A DNA stretch of 50,159 bases from a virus, in IMG/VR virus record IMGVR_UViG_3300045988_109785. One strand, 5' to 3'. The notes below the pieces were generated by a model. The model was not told where the DNA came from. It searched no databases and was given only the letters and a program-made list of their open reading frames with translations. Positions 7,692 through 17,538 of this stretch are shown here, piece after piece; position 1 is the first letter of the stretch; every line of letters begins with the position of its first letter. Made by a program: the position numbers and the translations under genes.

Positions 7692-7986
7692 TGTTTTCAC
7701 CTCCTTCTCTGTGGCTATGTCCAAAGACTACACTGTCATTGTGCTCAAAGATATTCTCCACAGTCTTGAGAATACCGACTCCCAAGATTGTGGTGATGGC
7801 CTGCTGGGAAAGCTCAACCACAGGAAACACCTGGCCCAACCTGATAGTGGAGTACAGGGCTATGATGTATGAGGTTGAGACCCAGAAGATGGCAGCTATC
7901 TGAGTGGTCAAGTAGATGAACCGGGTAGCAGATACCCAGTTCACCTTCCTTGCCACCCGTTTGCCTTTAGTCGAGAACGCCCGCAT
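7624..7986 (-). CDS. putative holin-like membrane protein
   Basis: TM segments FIYLTTQIAAIFWVSTSYIIALY and AITTILGVGILK. The start is uncertain (ATG 7986 or GTG 7953). The 3' end runs 68 nt into the next gene with a Gly-rich tail. Confidence 0.5.
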   Translation of the reverse strand: MRAFSTKGKRVARKVNWVSATRFIYLTTQIAAIFWVSTSYIIALYSTIRLGQVFPVVELSQQAITTILGVGILKTVENIFEHNDSVVFGHSHREGGENNGQGNSAGGDPGGWGDGGDPEG

Positions 7987-8704
7987 TGTCCATCACTCTC
8001 ATGATTCGACAGAAGGTCTCAGTGACATTCAGCAGGTTGTCTTCCAGAGAGTTCGGGTTGGGGTCAGAGTAGCCCCCCAGGTAGCCCTTCTTCATGGCCT
8101 TCTCCACAGAGCCCCTGTAGCTGGGAGGAACGTCCTTCAGATATGCGTAGGTTGCTTCCATGTTCTCTTCCTCCTTGTCCTCTTCCTTGGTCGCCAGGCT
8201 AGCATAGTCAGGGAGACACCAGCCACGAATGTAGCGACCGTTGACCTTGAGATTGCGGTAGGCAACGGCCTGACCCTTGTTGCCCTCAATGATGGTGATG
8301 GTGTCACCGTTGATGCCAGCCACAATGCCCACATGGTCGGGGTTGCCAGTGTTGTCTGTGGTGGCATAGTTAGTGCCATCTTGCCAGTCATACATAACAA
8401 CATCTCCGATGGAAGGCCGATAGCTGTCCTTCTCCTGCCAACGACCTTTGGCCTTGTACAGAGCAATCATGCGGGAGCAGCTACACTCAGGCAGGATGAT
8501 GTCCTTGAGACCAGCCTTGAAGCCGACAGCAGATACGTAGGTAGCACACCATTCGTCGGTGTACTTCACCTTATAGCCCACAGGAAGAGGCTTGATAGTG
8601 TTGTAGAGGTCGATGATGGGCTTGAAGGAGCCATCGGACTCCTTCGCCCCCAGCCAGGCTTTGGCAGTGTTTATTACCTTCTGGCGGAGTTCTAATTCGG
8701 TCAT
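7967..8704 (-). CDS. endolysin, CHAP/NlpC-P60-type peptidase with a C-terminal putative wall-binding domain
   Basis: Catalytic Cys context DEWCATYVS and His context PDHVGIVAG. The C-terminal ~60 aa (LKDVPPSYRGSVEKAMKKGYLGG...) is loosely SLH-like. Confidence 0.7.
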   Translation of the reverse strand: MTELELRQKVINTAKAWLGAKESDGSFKPIIDLYNTIKPLPVGYKVKYTDEWCATYVSAVGFKAGLKDIILPECSCSRMIALYKAKGRWQEKDSYRPSIGDVVMYDWQDGTNYATTDNTGNPDHVGIVAGINGDTITIIEGNKGQAVAYRNLKVNGRYIRGWCLPDYASLATKEEDKEEENMEATYAYLKDVPPSYRGSVEKAMKKGYLGGYSDPNPNSLEDNLLNVTETFCRIMRVMDNAGVLD

Positions 8705-8716
8705 GAGTATTCCTCC

Positions 8717-9181
8717 TTATTGATTCATGACTTCCTCGATGGTGCCCAGGTCAGTCCACTTTACGTTGATTGTACCAGGAGCCCATACGTTGTTGTCCTG
8801 TCCGCTTCTCCACACATGGCCTTCATGAGTACAACAGTCGTTGGTCATGTAGGGACTGGTGGAAGGGGAGAGGAAGGGCTTGGCTTCCTTCGGGTCGGTA
8901 GACCAGTAGAAGCCCCACTGAGCTACAAGCTCCTCCGGCTCCTGGGTATAGATTGTGGAGTCATAGGGCTGAAGAAGCTTGACTGCATTTCCCTGGGGGG
9001 ATTTGCAGACATACCCGGCCTTGTAATTGAGATACTGCCTCGTGGGGTCAAAGTCAGGAAGGAAGGCTCCCTCTGCCACAACCTCAGTACCAGTCATCTC
9101 AGGAGCTCTCTCTTGAAGAGACTGAGCGGCCAGCTTTCCAGCCTTACGAAGGGTAGACAGAACCAGCTCTTTGTCAGTCAT
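8717..9181 (-). CDS. hypothetical tail/lysis-associated protein
   Basis: 154-aa ORF translationally coupled to its neighbours; Trp/aromatic-rich C-terminus (possible carbohydrate binding). Confidence 0.5.
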   Translation of the reverse strand: MTDKELVLSTLRKAGKLAAQSLQERAPEMTGTEVVAEGAFLPDFDPTRQYLNYKAGYVCKSPQGNAVKLLQPYDSTIYTQEPEELVAQWGFYWSTDPKEAKPFLSPSTSPYMTNDCCTHEGHVWRSGQDNNVWAPGTINVKWTDLGTIEEVMNQ

Positions 9182-9429
9182 ACTTCGTTCACTCCTTCCC
9201 TAATGGCCTTGGCCATCTCAGCATAGGGGTCTTCCTCAGGTTCGGGCTCAGGCTCAGGTTCTGGCTGGGGGGGAACTTCTTCCCACCACAGAGAGCTTAG
9301 GTCAGTCATGAGGAGGCCTTCTCCCGGAGGTATGGTCTCCACTTCCATAGTAGGCTCCCCCGGGGGAATCTGAGAGGGGTCATAAATCAGGAGAGCCCTT
9401 CCATCATCCAGTCTTGCTACGGTTATCAT
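9178..9429 (-). CDS. hypothetical protein with a (PE)n repeat
   Basis: 83 aa; ATGA overlap with the fibre gene; PQPEPEPEPEPEEDP tract. Confidence 0.5.
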   Translation of the reverse strand: MITVARLDDGRALLIYDPSQIPPGEPTMEVETIPPGEGLLMTDLSSLWWEEVPPQPEPEPEPEPEEDPYAEMAKAIREGVNEV

Positions 9430-11255
9430 AGGGCAGGAACACCTCCAAACTCAATACAAGGACCAAAAATGAAGATACCAGAGGATATATTAAGACCTAT
9501 CCAGACCTGGTCTCTCAGGGGGATGGAAATAACCTGAGCCATACCGCTTGGGGAGAAACCATTACTGGTAAATCTCATATTTACTACTGCCAAATAACTA
9601 CCCAGGACAGATGTACTTAGATTATTGGGGTCTATCCTGCGATTGCCATCACTGGTATTATTATAGGAACCTACCAGAGTTCCCCCCAGGACAGTCAGGA
9701 CGAGATTGCCCCAACTAACCGTGGTCTCAGACACTTTACTATGGGTAGTGGTGGAGTATTTTTTGAGGCCATAAGTGCTTGGCCCTGTTTGGTTGTAGGT
9801 ATAGAGATAGTTCCCAAGAACTACCATACTGCTAGCTCCTTGTGCGTCTTGACCTGAGAAAGTGTCCATTTGAGTGGCATCTCCAGAAGAAGAGACATGA
9901 ACCAACTTCCCGGACCGAGAAATGGGGAACACATTATTCGAGCCAATGGAAACAGAGAGGAAGAAGTCATTTCCATTTTGAGCCAAACAGTAAGTGGGGT
10001 AATAAGAACCCGAGGATAATGTTGTCTCATAGCAGATGCTCAGGTCTTTAGTGGTTTTGTTGTACTTGTAAATCCAGAAAGAATTAGCTGAACTGTATGT
10101 ATTAGAGATTCTTCCGATGAAGGCCCAGTCACCCGACTGTTTGAAGGTAGGACTGCCAGGAGCCATAAAACGTTCCCCCGAGAACGAAGAGAAACTCTTC
10201 ACTTGTGTAGGGGCTCCACTGGGTTTCCACTCATAAACCAATATCTGGGAGTCTCCCGAGGAAACAATGAAGATGTCCTCATCACAATAGAGGGGGGAGT
10301 AGTTTCCACTGATTGAACCATAGCTCTTCTTCACCAGGTCGAAATAATACAACGTGTTAGATAGGTTAAAAATAGCCCTGGTACAGTCGGGGGAAAATAG
10401 GGGAAAACTACCTAAAGGAACAGAGTTAGAGCCAGATGAGGGGGGAGGAGAAGCAGCTATAAACTCCATTATAGGAGTATACAATCTAAGGTCCCCGCTG
10501 GTATTCTTGACCTTTCCAAGGTCCCCCAGCTTAGTATTGACCTGGGAGATACTCTGGTTCACCCCTTGAAAGTCTTCCTCTACCTCGGTCTTAAAACTTG
10601 AAAGGTCATTGGAGACCCCCTGGATGAGGTTGAGCAGATTGCCTGCCACATCATCCCCGAGCTGACTCTTGACATCCTCGAACCACTCATCGAAGGAAGC
10701 CTGAGCAGCCGTAAGAAACCCCGAGATGTCGAACTGGTCGATGAGACCGGTTACGATACCACAGCGGTTGGGGTCCGGCCTCATGTCTTTGATGGCCTGC
10801 TGGGTAATGTTTCCAGCACCAGCAGCCACAGTGATTTGGGCCAGCTCCAGCTCCCACACATCAGCATCTCGCTGAAGGGTAACAGCCTTGGGAGAAGCAG
10901 CAGCAGTGCCGGACCGAACATAGAGTTTCATGTCCCGGTCGGTGTTGTTCAGGGCCATGATGATAGAGTCGATACGGGGCAAAGAGGGATTGGCCACAGG
11001 AACAGCAATGACCTCATCCATGTTGTCAGGCACAGTGAGATAGTGGCCCTTAATCCACCCAGTGCCCGGGGTCACCTTAACCTTCATGGCCACAGGCTCC
11101 ATGGCCAGTACGTTGAGCGAGGTAGAAGGCTGACCAAAGACTCCATCTCCGACCAGCAGAGCCCAGTAGTGGGAGAACTCGGCCGAAGAGTAAACTCGGT
11201 CGTAGTTACCACTGCCAAGGTCTACGGCATCGAAGAAGCCATAGGTATAGCTCAT
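9426..11255 (-). CDS. tail fibre / receptor-binding protein
   Basis: 609 aa directly after Tal. The N-terminus MSYTYGFFDAVDLGSGNYDRVYSSAEF is typical of Firmicute siphophage baseplate/fibre proteins. The C-terminus is repeat-like, beta-rich and Ser/Tyr-rich. Confidence 0.65.
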   Translation of the reverse strand: MSYTYGFFDAVDLGSGNYDRVYSSAEFSHYWALLVGDGVFGQPSTSLNVLAMEPVAMKVKVTPGTGWIKGHYLTVPDNMDEVIAVPVANPSLPRIDSIIMALNNTDRDMKLYVRSGTAAASPKAVTLQRDADVWELELAQITVAAGAGNITQQAIKDMRPDPNRCGIVTGLIDQFDISGFLTAAQASFDEWFEDVKSQLGDDVAGNLLNLIQGVSNDLSSFKTEVEEDFQGVNQSISQVNTKLGDLGKVKNTSGDLRLYTPIMEFIAASPPPSSGSNSVPLGSFPLFSPDCTRAIFNLSNTLYYFDLVKKSYGSISGNYSPLYCDEDIFIVSSGDSQILVYEWKPSGAPTQVKSFSSFSGERFMAPGSPTFKQSGDWAFIGRISNTYSSANSFWIYKYNKTTKDLSICYETTLSSGSYYPTYCLAQNGNDFFLSVSIGSNNVFPISRSGKLVHVSSSGDATQMDTFSGQDAQGASSMVVLGNYLYTYNQTGPSTYGLKKYSTTTHSKVSETTVSWGNLVLTVLGGTLVGSYNNTSDGNRRIDPNNLSTSVLGSYLAVVNMRFTSNGFSPSGMAQVISIPLRDQVWIGLNISSGIFIFGPCIEFGGVPAL

Positions 11256-12373
11256 GTCAAAGTCCTCCTTTTGAGTTTATTTGCCAGGGTAGGCTGTTGG
11301 TAGCCGAAGGTCAACTGGAGAGTTTGACCATCAGTGTCATACCCCAGTTCTACAGCAGTAACTATGGCGTTGGCTCTCACCTTGAGTCTTTGGTCATATA
11401 CAGTGACCAGGTCTCCCAAGAAAAAGTCCACCCCATACTCATAGCCAGTCACTCCGAAGGTACGAATAGTAGCTGAGAAAGTTTGAATGTCCTTGTATTC
11501 CTCCAGGGAGGTCTTGCCCCGCTCCTGGAGCATAGAGGTATACTCATCAGCCGGAATAGTACCCCCGCCTTCCTTCTCAGACTGAAGGTCTCGAGCATCC
11601 ACAAAGACCTCTCTCCGGTCTAAGCCTGTGGAAGTTCCTACCTCCACGACCTTTCTGTTGGCTCCGGAGTCTTCTCCAGCCACATAGGCCACATTCCTGA
11701 AGTCTGCTTTGTTGTGAGAATAGCCAGACTCAAGGATGTCATCCAGGTCGGATGAGAAGTATACTGGGTGGACCACAGATTGGTCGATGGTTCGGTCAGT
11801 TCCTTGTAGAACTTTGAAGATTAAGGACTTGGTTCTAGGATTGAAGGAGACCTTGAAGCCCAGGCCATTAGCCTGAGCCAGCTCCGAGGACTGGCTAAGT
11901 ACATCCCCACCAGTCTTTTGGAAAGAGACCTGAGCTCCAAGGTTGTCTCCATCGGAGTCTATACTGAGGAAAGAGACCTTCCTCTTGGTGTCTGTGGGAT
12001 TGACCAGAGTAGTGTCTACCATCTTGTTGATGGCAGCTCCAGCCTTCCCAGTAAAGGTGAAAGCCGGGTACAGAGTCCTTCTCTCAAGAATACACTCGAG
12101 CAGCCTGCCCTGGACATGAATGGTCTCTGTACCCTCCTCATCGACCTCAAGCTCCTTGAACTCGATGATGCCCGCGGTGTCATGTGTTCCTCCCAGCCAC
12201 ACGAAGTAGTCCTCCCGAAGGAGTTCTGCATTCTGGTCGTTGAGAGGACACCAGAGTTCGAAGCTCCCGGCTTCCGAGAACTTCTCCCCCCAGTTGAGTC
12301 CAGTTAAAACGTCGACAGCCCCTTGAGGGGTGATGGAGCTGTCAAACACATATACAGTTATCGGCTTCATCAC
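11252..12373 (-). CDS. tail-associated protein (Tal / prophage tail endopeptidase-like)
   Basis: 373 aa; position between Dit and the fibre; resembles the siphovirus Gp37-like family. Confidence 0.6.
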   Translation of the reverse strand: MMKPITVYVFDSSITPQGAVDVLTGLNWGEKFSEAGSFELWCPLNDQNAELLREDYFVWLGGTHDTAGIIEFKELEVDEEGTETIHVQGRLLECILERRTLYPAFTFTGKAGAAINKMVDTTLVNPTDTKRKVSFLSIDSDGDNLGAQVSFQKTGGDVLSQSSELAQANGLGFKVSFNPRTKSLIFKVLQGTDRTIDQSVVHPVYFSSDLDDILESGYSHNKADFRNVAYVAGEDSGANRKVVEVGTSTGLDRREVFVDARDLQSEKEGGGTIPADEYTSMLQERGKTSLEEYKDIQTFSATIRTFGVTGYEYGVDFFLGDLVTVYDQRLKVRANAIVTAVELGYDTDGQTLQLTFGYQQPTLANKLKRRTLT

Positions 12374-13251
12374 TGCACCTCCAAGAGCTTAGGTGTAAAG
12401 GTCACACTGGCAGACAGGCCATCTACCCCTTCATCCGCGTCGTACTTCAGGACGTTGACCCCCCTGTACATCTGGAGCCAAGTGGAGTCCCAGTCCCAGT
12501 ACTTGAAGTAGTTCTCAGTCTGGCCATCGTGATAACCTCTTACGTACTTGTTACCACTCACGGTCGAGACCGTAATGGTCTCTCCCGGAGTGATGGTCTT
12601 GTTGATTTTTACGAACTCCTGAGTTCCCACATGTAGTAGGCTTGGATTGACCACAGTGGTATTGCAGGAAAACTCGATGACCATGCCAGTGTCGATGTCT
12701 CCGTCGTTGACAATCGTTGCCAGCAGGTCCGGTTGTCTCAGGCCCAGAATGATGCCCTTGCCCTGTGGAATAATCAGGGGGAAATGAAACTTGGGCAGTA
12801 TCGAGGCAATCTGAGCCAAGATGCCACTCTTAGTTGAGAACATAGGGTCTGCACAGGTCCCTTGGATGAGGAACTGACATAAGACCTCATTATTCTCCTC
12901 GTAGGGAGTTGCATACTTGATGGAATAGTCGGGCTTGAACCGAAGCACATACTGGTCGAACAGAGTGAGCTCCAGTTCATGCTGTGGGTTGACCAGGCGA
13001 TTGAGGACAGTCATATTGTCCTTCATGTCATCAAAGTTCTCTCCGATGACCCATCCAGGAATGCTCACCGCCCGCTCCTCCAGAGAGGTGCTGTCGATAT
13101 ACACTCCTACCTGGTTTACGTACTTATAGCTGTGGTGACTTCCCTCGACAGTGCCGAGGTCAATCTCACCGAGCACCCAGTCACTGGTTGTCTTGTCAAT
13201 CAGGATAGACTGATTGGTGACCAGGTTCTTGAGAGTAATGGACTCAATCAA
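12370..13251 (-). CDS. distal tail protein (Dit)
   Basis: 293 aa immediately downstream of the tape measure; sequence pattern resembles the Sipho_tail family. Confidence 0.6.
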   Translation of the reverse strand: MIESITLKNLVTNQSILIDKTTSDWVLGEIDLGTVEGSHHSYKYVNQVGVYIDSTSLEERAVSIPGWVIGENFDDMKDNMTVLNRLVNPQHELELTLFDQYVLRFKPDYSIKYATPYEENNEVLCQFLIQGTCADPMFSTKSGILAQIASILPKFHFPLIIPQGKGIILGLRQPDLLATIVNDGDIDTGMVIEFSCNTTVVNPSLLHVGTQEFVKINKTITPGETITVSTVSGNKYVRGYHDGQTENYFKYWDWDSTWLQMYRGVNVLKYDADEGVDGLSASVTFTPKLLEVQ

Positions 13252-13264
13252 GTGCTATCCCTCC

Positions 13265-16200
13265 TTAGAAGTCCAGTGCTAGTTGCTGAGCGGTCTTCTT
13301 CATCAGCTGAGCCGCCTTTGTGGGGGTGACAGCCACAGGGCTATTGAAGATGTAGGTAGCTCCAGCTGCAGCAGCACCAACGGTCTTACTGATGGCCCTA
13401 CCCACACGAGAGCCAGAAGAGGACGAGGAAGAACTAGAGCTCTCAGCACTCTTGGTCGTAATTTCCTCCTGTCGTTCCTGCTCCCTCTGCAGTTTCTTCA
13501 GGGCCTCAATGTATTCATAGATACTTTCGGCCAGGTCTTCATAAGCCTCAGCCTGCTCTCGGATAGTCTCCAGGATTTGCAGACTCTCCTTACGAATAAT
13601 CGTGAAGGACTGGGCAATGTTAGCCCACATGGAAGCCAGGTAGGCAAATGCGGTATTGATGAGTTCAACCACAGAATAGAGCTGGCTGAAAAGTGTGGTT
13701 AGATTGGAGACCATATCCGAGTAAAGGGTGATGTTGTTCTGGTCATCCTCACCCCAGATGGACAGGGCCGGAATACTGTCATTGGCAGTCTCGACCAAAG
13801 TCACGAGGGTCTGGGTAACTTCATCGAAGGTCTCCTTAATTCCACCGACTAGACCTCCACCGAGTTCGTAGGAAGCCTGTTCGGCAGCCAGCTTAGACTT
13901 CTCCCCAAACAGCTTGATGTACTCATCCAGCTCTGTATCAGTTAACTGGGTCAGGGCCTTGATGTCACCAGCTGCCTGAGGGCCGAGGTCTCTCAGTTCT
14001 TCCAGTAGGTCTCCAGATACCCCTCGCTTCTCCAGGCTCAGCATGTCCTGCTGCCATCCCTTGAAAGCCTCAACCTGACTCTTCAGGTTGTTGAGAAGGT
14101 CCTTGCCACTGTTTTCCTGTTTGACCGTAACTTTATCGAAGAGACCAGCAAAAGACCTCAGGCTCTTGGCACGAGACTCTAGGTTGGACTTGTACTCCTT
14201 AAGAGCTTGTTCCTGAGCCTTTCTCTCTTCCTCGATAGCCTTCTCTCTTGCCTTGGCCGCTTCTTCCTCAGCCTGGACCTGCTTCTTGAGCAAATCCTGC
14301 TGAGCCTTGTAAAGGTTTTTCTCCGCCTCCTGCTGTTCCTTGGCCTGGAGATTACGTCGGTTGACCACACGCTCCCAGGCCTCCACAACCTCTTCAGCAG
14401 AAAGTCTGTTGTAGTAGACCTCCTGCTCAATCCAGTTCTTGGAGTGTTCATACGCCTCCTTAGAAGCATTCTGGCGGGCCGTATAGATGTTCTTGTTGAC
14501 CTGCTCCAGTTCCTCACCAGCCAGGCCTCCGATGGACTTCAGCTGCTCCCAGAAGGCCAGCTCGTCCTTAGCTGCCAGCTGGTTGTAGAACTTCTTGTCG
14601 TTTACCCACTTAGTAGAGGTGTCCAGGATAGCCTTGGACAAATCCTCCGCAGTCTTGATGACCTGGCCTTGGCCATCCTTCAGGCCCACAGAGAGGCCCT
14701 TGGTCAGCATGAGACCCTGTTCAATCATTTCTGTGGAGGGGGAGTGGATGCCGAAGACAGACTTGAAGCCAGAGATAACACTATTGCCGAAGGACTTGAT
14801 GCCACCCAGTAGGTTACTCAGAGCCCCCATGATACCATTCTTGAGACCATTGATCAGGTTACGACCAATCTCCAGCATCTTCCCAGGGAGGGAAGTAAAG
14901 GTGTTCACTATGCCGTTGATTACGTTGGTAGCTGCGGTCTTAGCGGCACTCAACATGTTGGTGCCCCAAGTCCTGACAGAATTGATGGCGTTGGTCAAGA
15001 AGGTCTGAATACGACTCGGGAGAGTCTGGAAGAACTGAACTACACCCTTGATGAAGTTCTGTCCTGCCTGCCGAGCAGAAGTCAGCAGATTGCTTGCCCA
15101 GGTTTGGATATTGCTTAGTGCCTGGGAGATGAAGTTCCGGATATTGCCGGGGAGTTGCTGGAAGAAGTTTATGATGTTGGTGAGGAAGGTCTGTCCAGCC
15201 TCGATGGCCTTCTGCCCCAGGCTTACCACAAAGTTAGCGATATGACCCAAGACCTGGCCGATGATGAAGCCTATGTTCTCTGGTAGGTTGGAGAAGAACG
15301 AGACCACCCCATCAATGAAACTTCTGAATGCGTTGGAAATGTTGGTGCCCATTGTGGTGAAGAAGTTGAGGATATTGTTCCATGCGTTGGAGAAGAAGTC
15401 CACAACACTTTGCCACAGTTCTTGCCAGCTGGTACCAAACCAGCCGAGAATGACATTCACCAGGTTGCCCAGAGTAGTGAGCACGTTTTGAATTGTGGAG
15501 ATGATACCATTCCACAGAGAGGAGAAGATACCAGTGACCCCTTGCCAGAAGGTGTCCCAGTCTCCAGTGAACAGGCCCTTGAATGTGTCGAAGAGGCCAG
15601 TGATGACCCCGAACACAGTCTCGAGGATGATGCCTATCTGCTCGAAGGTCCCTTGGAACAGAGGTCCGAGCAGATTGCAGAACTCCGTCCAGACAGCACC
15701 AAGTACCTGAGTGAGGCTCTCGAAGTTAAATCCCAGAGAGTTGATACGCTCCAGAAGGCCATCAGCAAAGTTACTGAAGGACTCCTTGATACCGTTCCAG
15801 GCCTCAATGATACCATTCCGAAATTCCTCGTTCGTATCCCAGAGGGTCTTAAAGGCCCCTACGAGCGTCGCTATGGCCGCCACAACAGCTATGATGGGTC
15901 CTAAGACAGCCCCCACCGAAGTGCCTGCTGCAGCCAGTCCAGCGGTCCATGTAGACCAGGCACCAGCAGCCTTAGTGACAATACCCATGATGGACCCGAT
16001 AGCAGAGGACACCTTGCCCAGGATGAGCAGCAGAGGTCCAAGAGCAGCAACCACACCAGCGATTGTTACAATCATCTGGAGGGTCTCGGGACTCATGGAG
16101 GAGAGCTTGTTCACAAACTCGGTGATTTTCTCTACCACAGCAGTGATAGCCGGAGCCATGACCTGCTGTAGTCTAATTGCGAGGGTCTCGATAGAGCCCA

Positions 16201-17251
16201 TCATTTCTTCAACGGAGCCTTTGGTGTTGTCGAGCATGGTCTCTGCCATTTCAGCAGCAGCCCCATCACAGTTCTCGAAGGACCCGGTGAGGGACCTCAA
16301 CTCCTCAGGACCCCGCTCCATGAGGGCCAGCATACCAGACAGAGACTCTTGGCCGAACAGAGTAACCAGGGCATTATTTCTCTGCTCCTGGGTGAGTCCA
16401 GCCATACCGGTCTCCAGCTGTTCGATAATGCCATTCAGGGGGAGCATGTTGCCCTGAGCGTCGTAGAACGACAGGCCCAGTTCCTCCATCTTGGCCAGCA
16501 TGACATCGGTGGGTTTAGCGAGTCGGGACAAAGCACCACGTAGAGAGGTGCCTGCCTGAGAGCCCTTGATACCAGCATCGGACATAATGCCGACAGCAGC
16601 AGCGGTCTCTTCCAGGGACTGCCCCATGGCCTTGGCCACAGGAGCAATGTACTTCATCGCTTCACCCATATCCTCAGTCTGGGCGTTGGTGCGGGCAGCA
16701 GCCTCAGCAAATACATCGGCCACATGACCAGCATCGGAAGCCTCCAGGCCGAAGCCACGAATCGCCGAAGCAGCAATCTCAGAGGCCGTACCTAACTCAG
16801 CTCCCGAGGAGGCGGCCAGGTCCAGAAGACCAGGCATGGCAGACATAATCTCTTGTGTGGTAAAACCAGCACTTGCCAGGTTCTCCATGCCTTCAGCAGC
16901 TTCACCAGCCGAGAAGGCTGTGGTAGCACCGAGGTCGATAGCCTGGTCAGTCAGGGCCTTAAGCTCATCGCCTGTAGCCCCAGAAATTGCCTGGACTCTG
17001 GACATCTGAGCCTCGAAGTCACTGCCCACCTTCATGACCGCAGCTCCCACACCAACCAACGGCAGAGTTACGGACTTCGTAAGTGAGCCTCCCACAGCAG
17101 ACATTGCCGCACCTGTAGCACTGAACTTGTCAGCAGCTGTGGCAGACTCATCTCGAAAGGTTTGGAGGTCAGCCAGAGCCGACTTGAAGCCGGACTGAAA
17201 GCCACTGGTGTCGAGCATTAAGTAACCTACTGCGGTACCTACATCAACCAA
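13265..17251 (-). CDS. tail tape measure protein
   Basis: 1328 aa; TTG start after AAGGAGGTGAGG; TP901-type core (AMKYIAPVAKAMGQSLEETAAAVGIMSDAGIKGSQAGTSLRGALSRL); hydrophobic middle; long coiled-coil C-terminus. Confidence 0.9.
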   Translation of the reverse strand: MVDVGTAVGYLMLDTSGFQSGFKSALADLQTFRDESATAADKFSATGAAMSAVGGSLTKSVTLPLVGVGAAVMKVGSDFEAQMSRVQAISGATGDELKALTDQAIDLGATTAFSAGEAAEGMENLASAGFTTQEIMSAMPGLLDLAASSGAELGTASEIAASAIRGFGLEASDAGHVADVFAEAAARTNAQTEDMGEAMKYIAPVAKAMGQSLEETAAAVGIMSDAGIKGSQAGTSLRGALSRLAKPTDVMLAKMEELGLSFYDAQGNMLPLNGIIEQLETGMAGLTQEQRNNALVTLFGQESLSGMLALMERGPEELRSLTGSFENCDGAAAEMAETMLDNTKGSVEEMMGSIETLAIRLQQVMAPAITAVVEKITEFVNKLSSMSPETLQMIVTIAGVVAALGPLLLILGKVSSAIGSIMGIVTKAAGAWSTWTAGLAAAGTSVGAVLGPIIAVVAAIATLVGAFKTLWDTNEEFRNGIIEAWNGIKESFSNFADGLLERINSLGFNFESLTQVLGAVWTEFCNLLGPLFQGTFEQIGIILETVFGVITGLFDTFKGLFTGDWDTFWQGVTGIFSSLWNGIISTIQNVLTTLGNLVNVILGWFGTSWQELWQSVVDFFSNAWNNILNFFTTMGTNISNAFRSFIDGVVSFFSNLPENIGFIIGQVLGHIANFVVSLGQKAIEAGQTFLTNIINFFQQLPGNIRNFISQALSNIQTWASNLLTSARQAGQNFIKGVVQFFQTLPSRIQTFLTNAINSVRTWGTNMLSAAKTAATNVINGIVNTFTSLPGKMLEIGRNLINGLKNGIMGALSNLLGGIKSFGNSVISGFKSVFGIHSPSTEMIEQGLMLTKGLSVGLKDGQGQVIKTAEDLSKAILDTSTKWVNDKKFYNQLAAKDELAFWEQLKSIGGLAGEELEQVNKNIYTARQNASKEAYEHSKNWIEQEVYYNRLSAEEVVEAWERVVNRRNLQAKEQQEAEKNLYKAQQDLLKKQVQAEEEAAKAREKAIEEERKAQEQALKEYKSNLESRAKSLRSFAGLFDKVTVKQENSGKDLLNNLKSQVEAFKGWQQDMLSLEKRGVSGDLLEELRDLGPQAAGDIKALTQLTDTELDEYIKLFGEKSKLAAEQASYELGGGLVGGIKETFDEVTQTLVTLVETANDSIPALSIWGEDDQNNITLYSDMVSNLTTLFSQLYSVVELINTAFAYLASMWANIAQSFTIIRKESLQILETIREQAEAYEDLAESIYEYIEALKKLQREQERQEEITTKSAESSSSSSSSSGSRVGRAISKTVGAAAAGATYIFNSPVAVTPTKAAQLMKKTAQQLALDF

Positions 17252-17265
17252 AAGTCCTCACCTCC

Positions 17266-17538
17266 TTAAGTGTAGTTAGCGTAGAGCTCGGAGAAGCTGG
17301 AGAACTTCTGTTGGAAACGAATTTCCTCACCGCTCTCCAGCTTATCCAGAATGAGACCACAGGCTTCGTCGAAACAGAAGGCCGTGTACTCATCCTCTAA
17401 GTTTAGGAGCTCCGACGGGAGGCGGTTAAACCTCTTCGCCAGTTTTATCAGGCTGATAATTCTGGGGCTTCGGACGAAAGTTGTCCAGGGCCCGAACCCC
17501 TCTCTGCGTGTAGTTGAACAGGAACATGTACTGTTCAT
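17266..17538 (-). CDS. frameshift extension of the tail assembly chaperone (gpT analogue; +1/-2 frame relative to gpG)
   Basis: Open frame with no credible own start; overlaps the gpG end by 113 nt; its C-terminal sequence (ISLIKLAKRFNRLPSELLNLEDEY...) looks protein-like. Confidence 0.55.
   Translation of the reverse strand: MNSTCSCSTTRREGFGPWTTFVRSPRIISLIKLAKRFNRLPSELLNLEDEYTAFCFDEACGLILDKLESGEEIRFQQKFSSFSELYANYT

Noticed and set aside
17266-17538. Treating 17266..17538 as an independent 90-aa gene starting at its ATG.
   Set aside because: The N-terminal third (MNSTCSCSTTRREGFGPW...) is off-frame-like and lies wholly inside gpG, and there is no SD. It is better explained as the frameshift extension of the chaperone.
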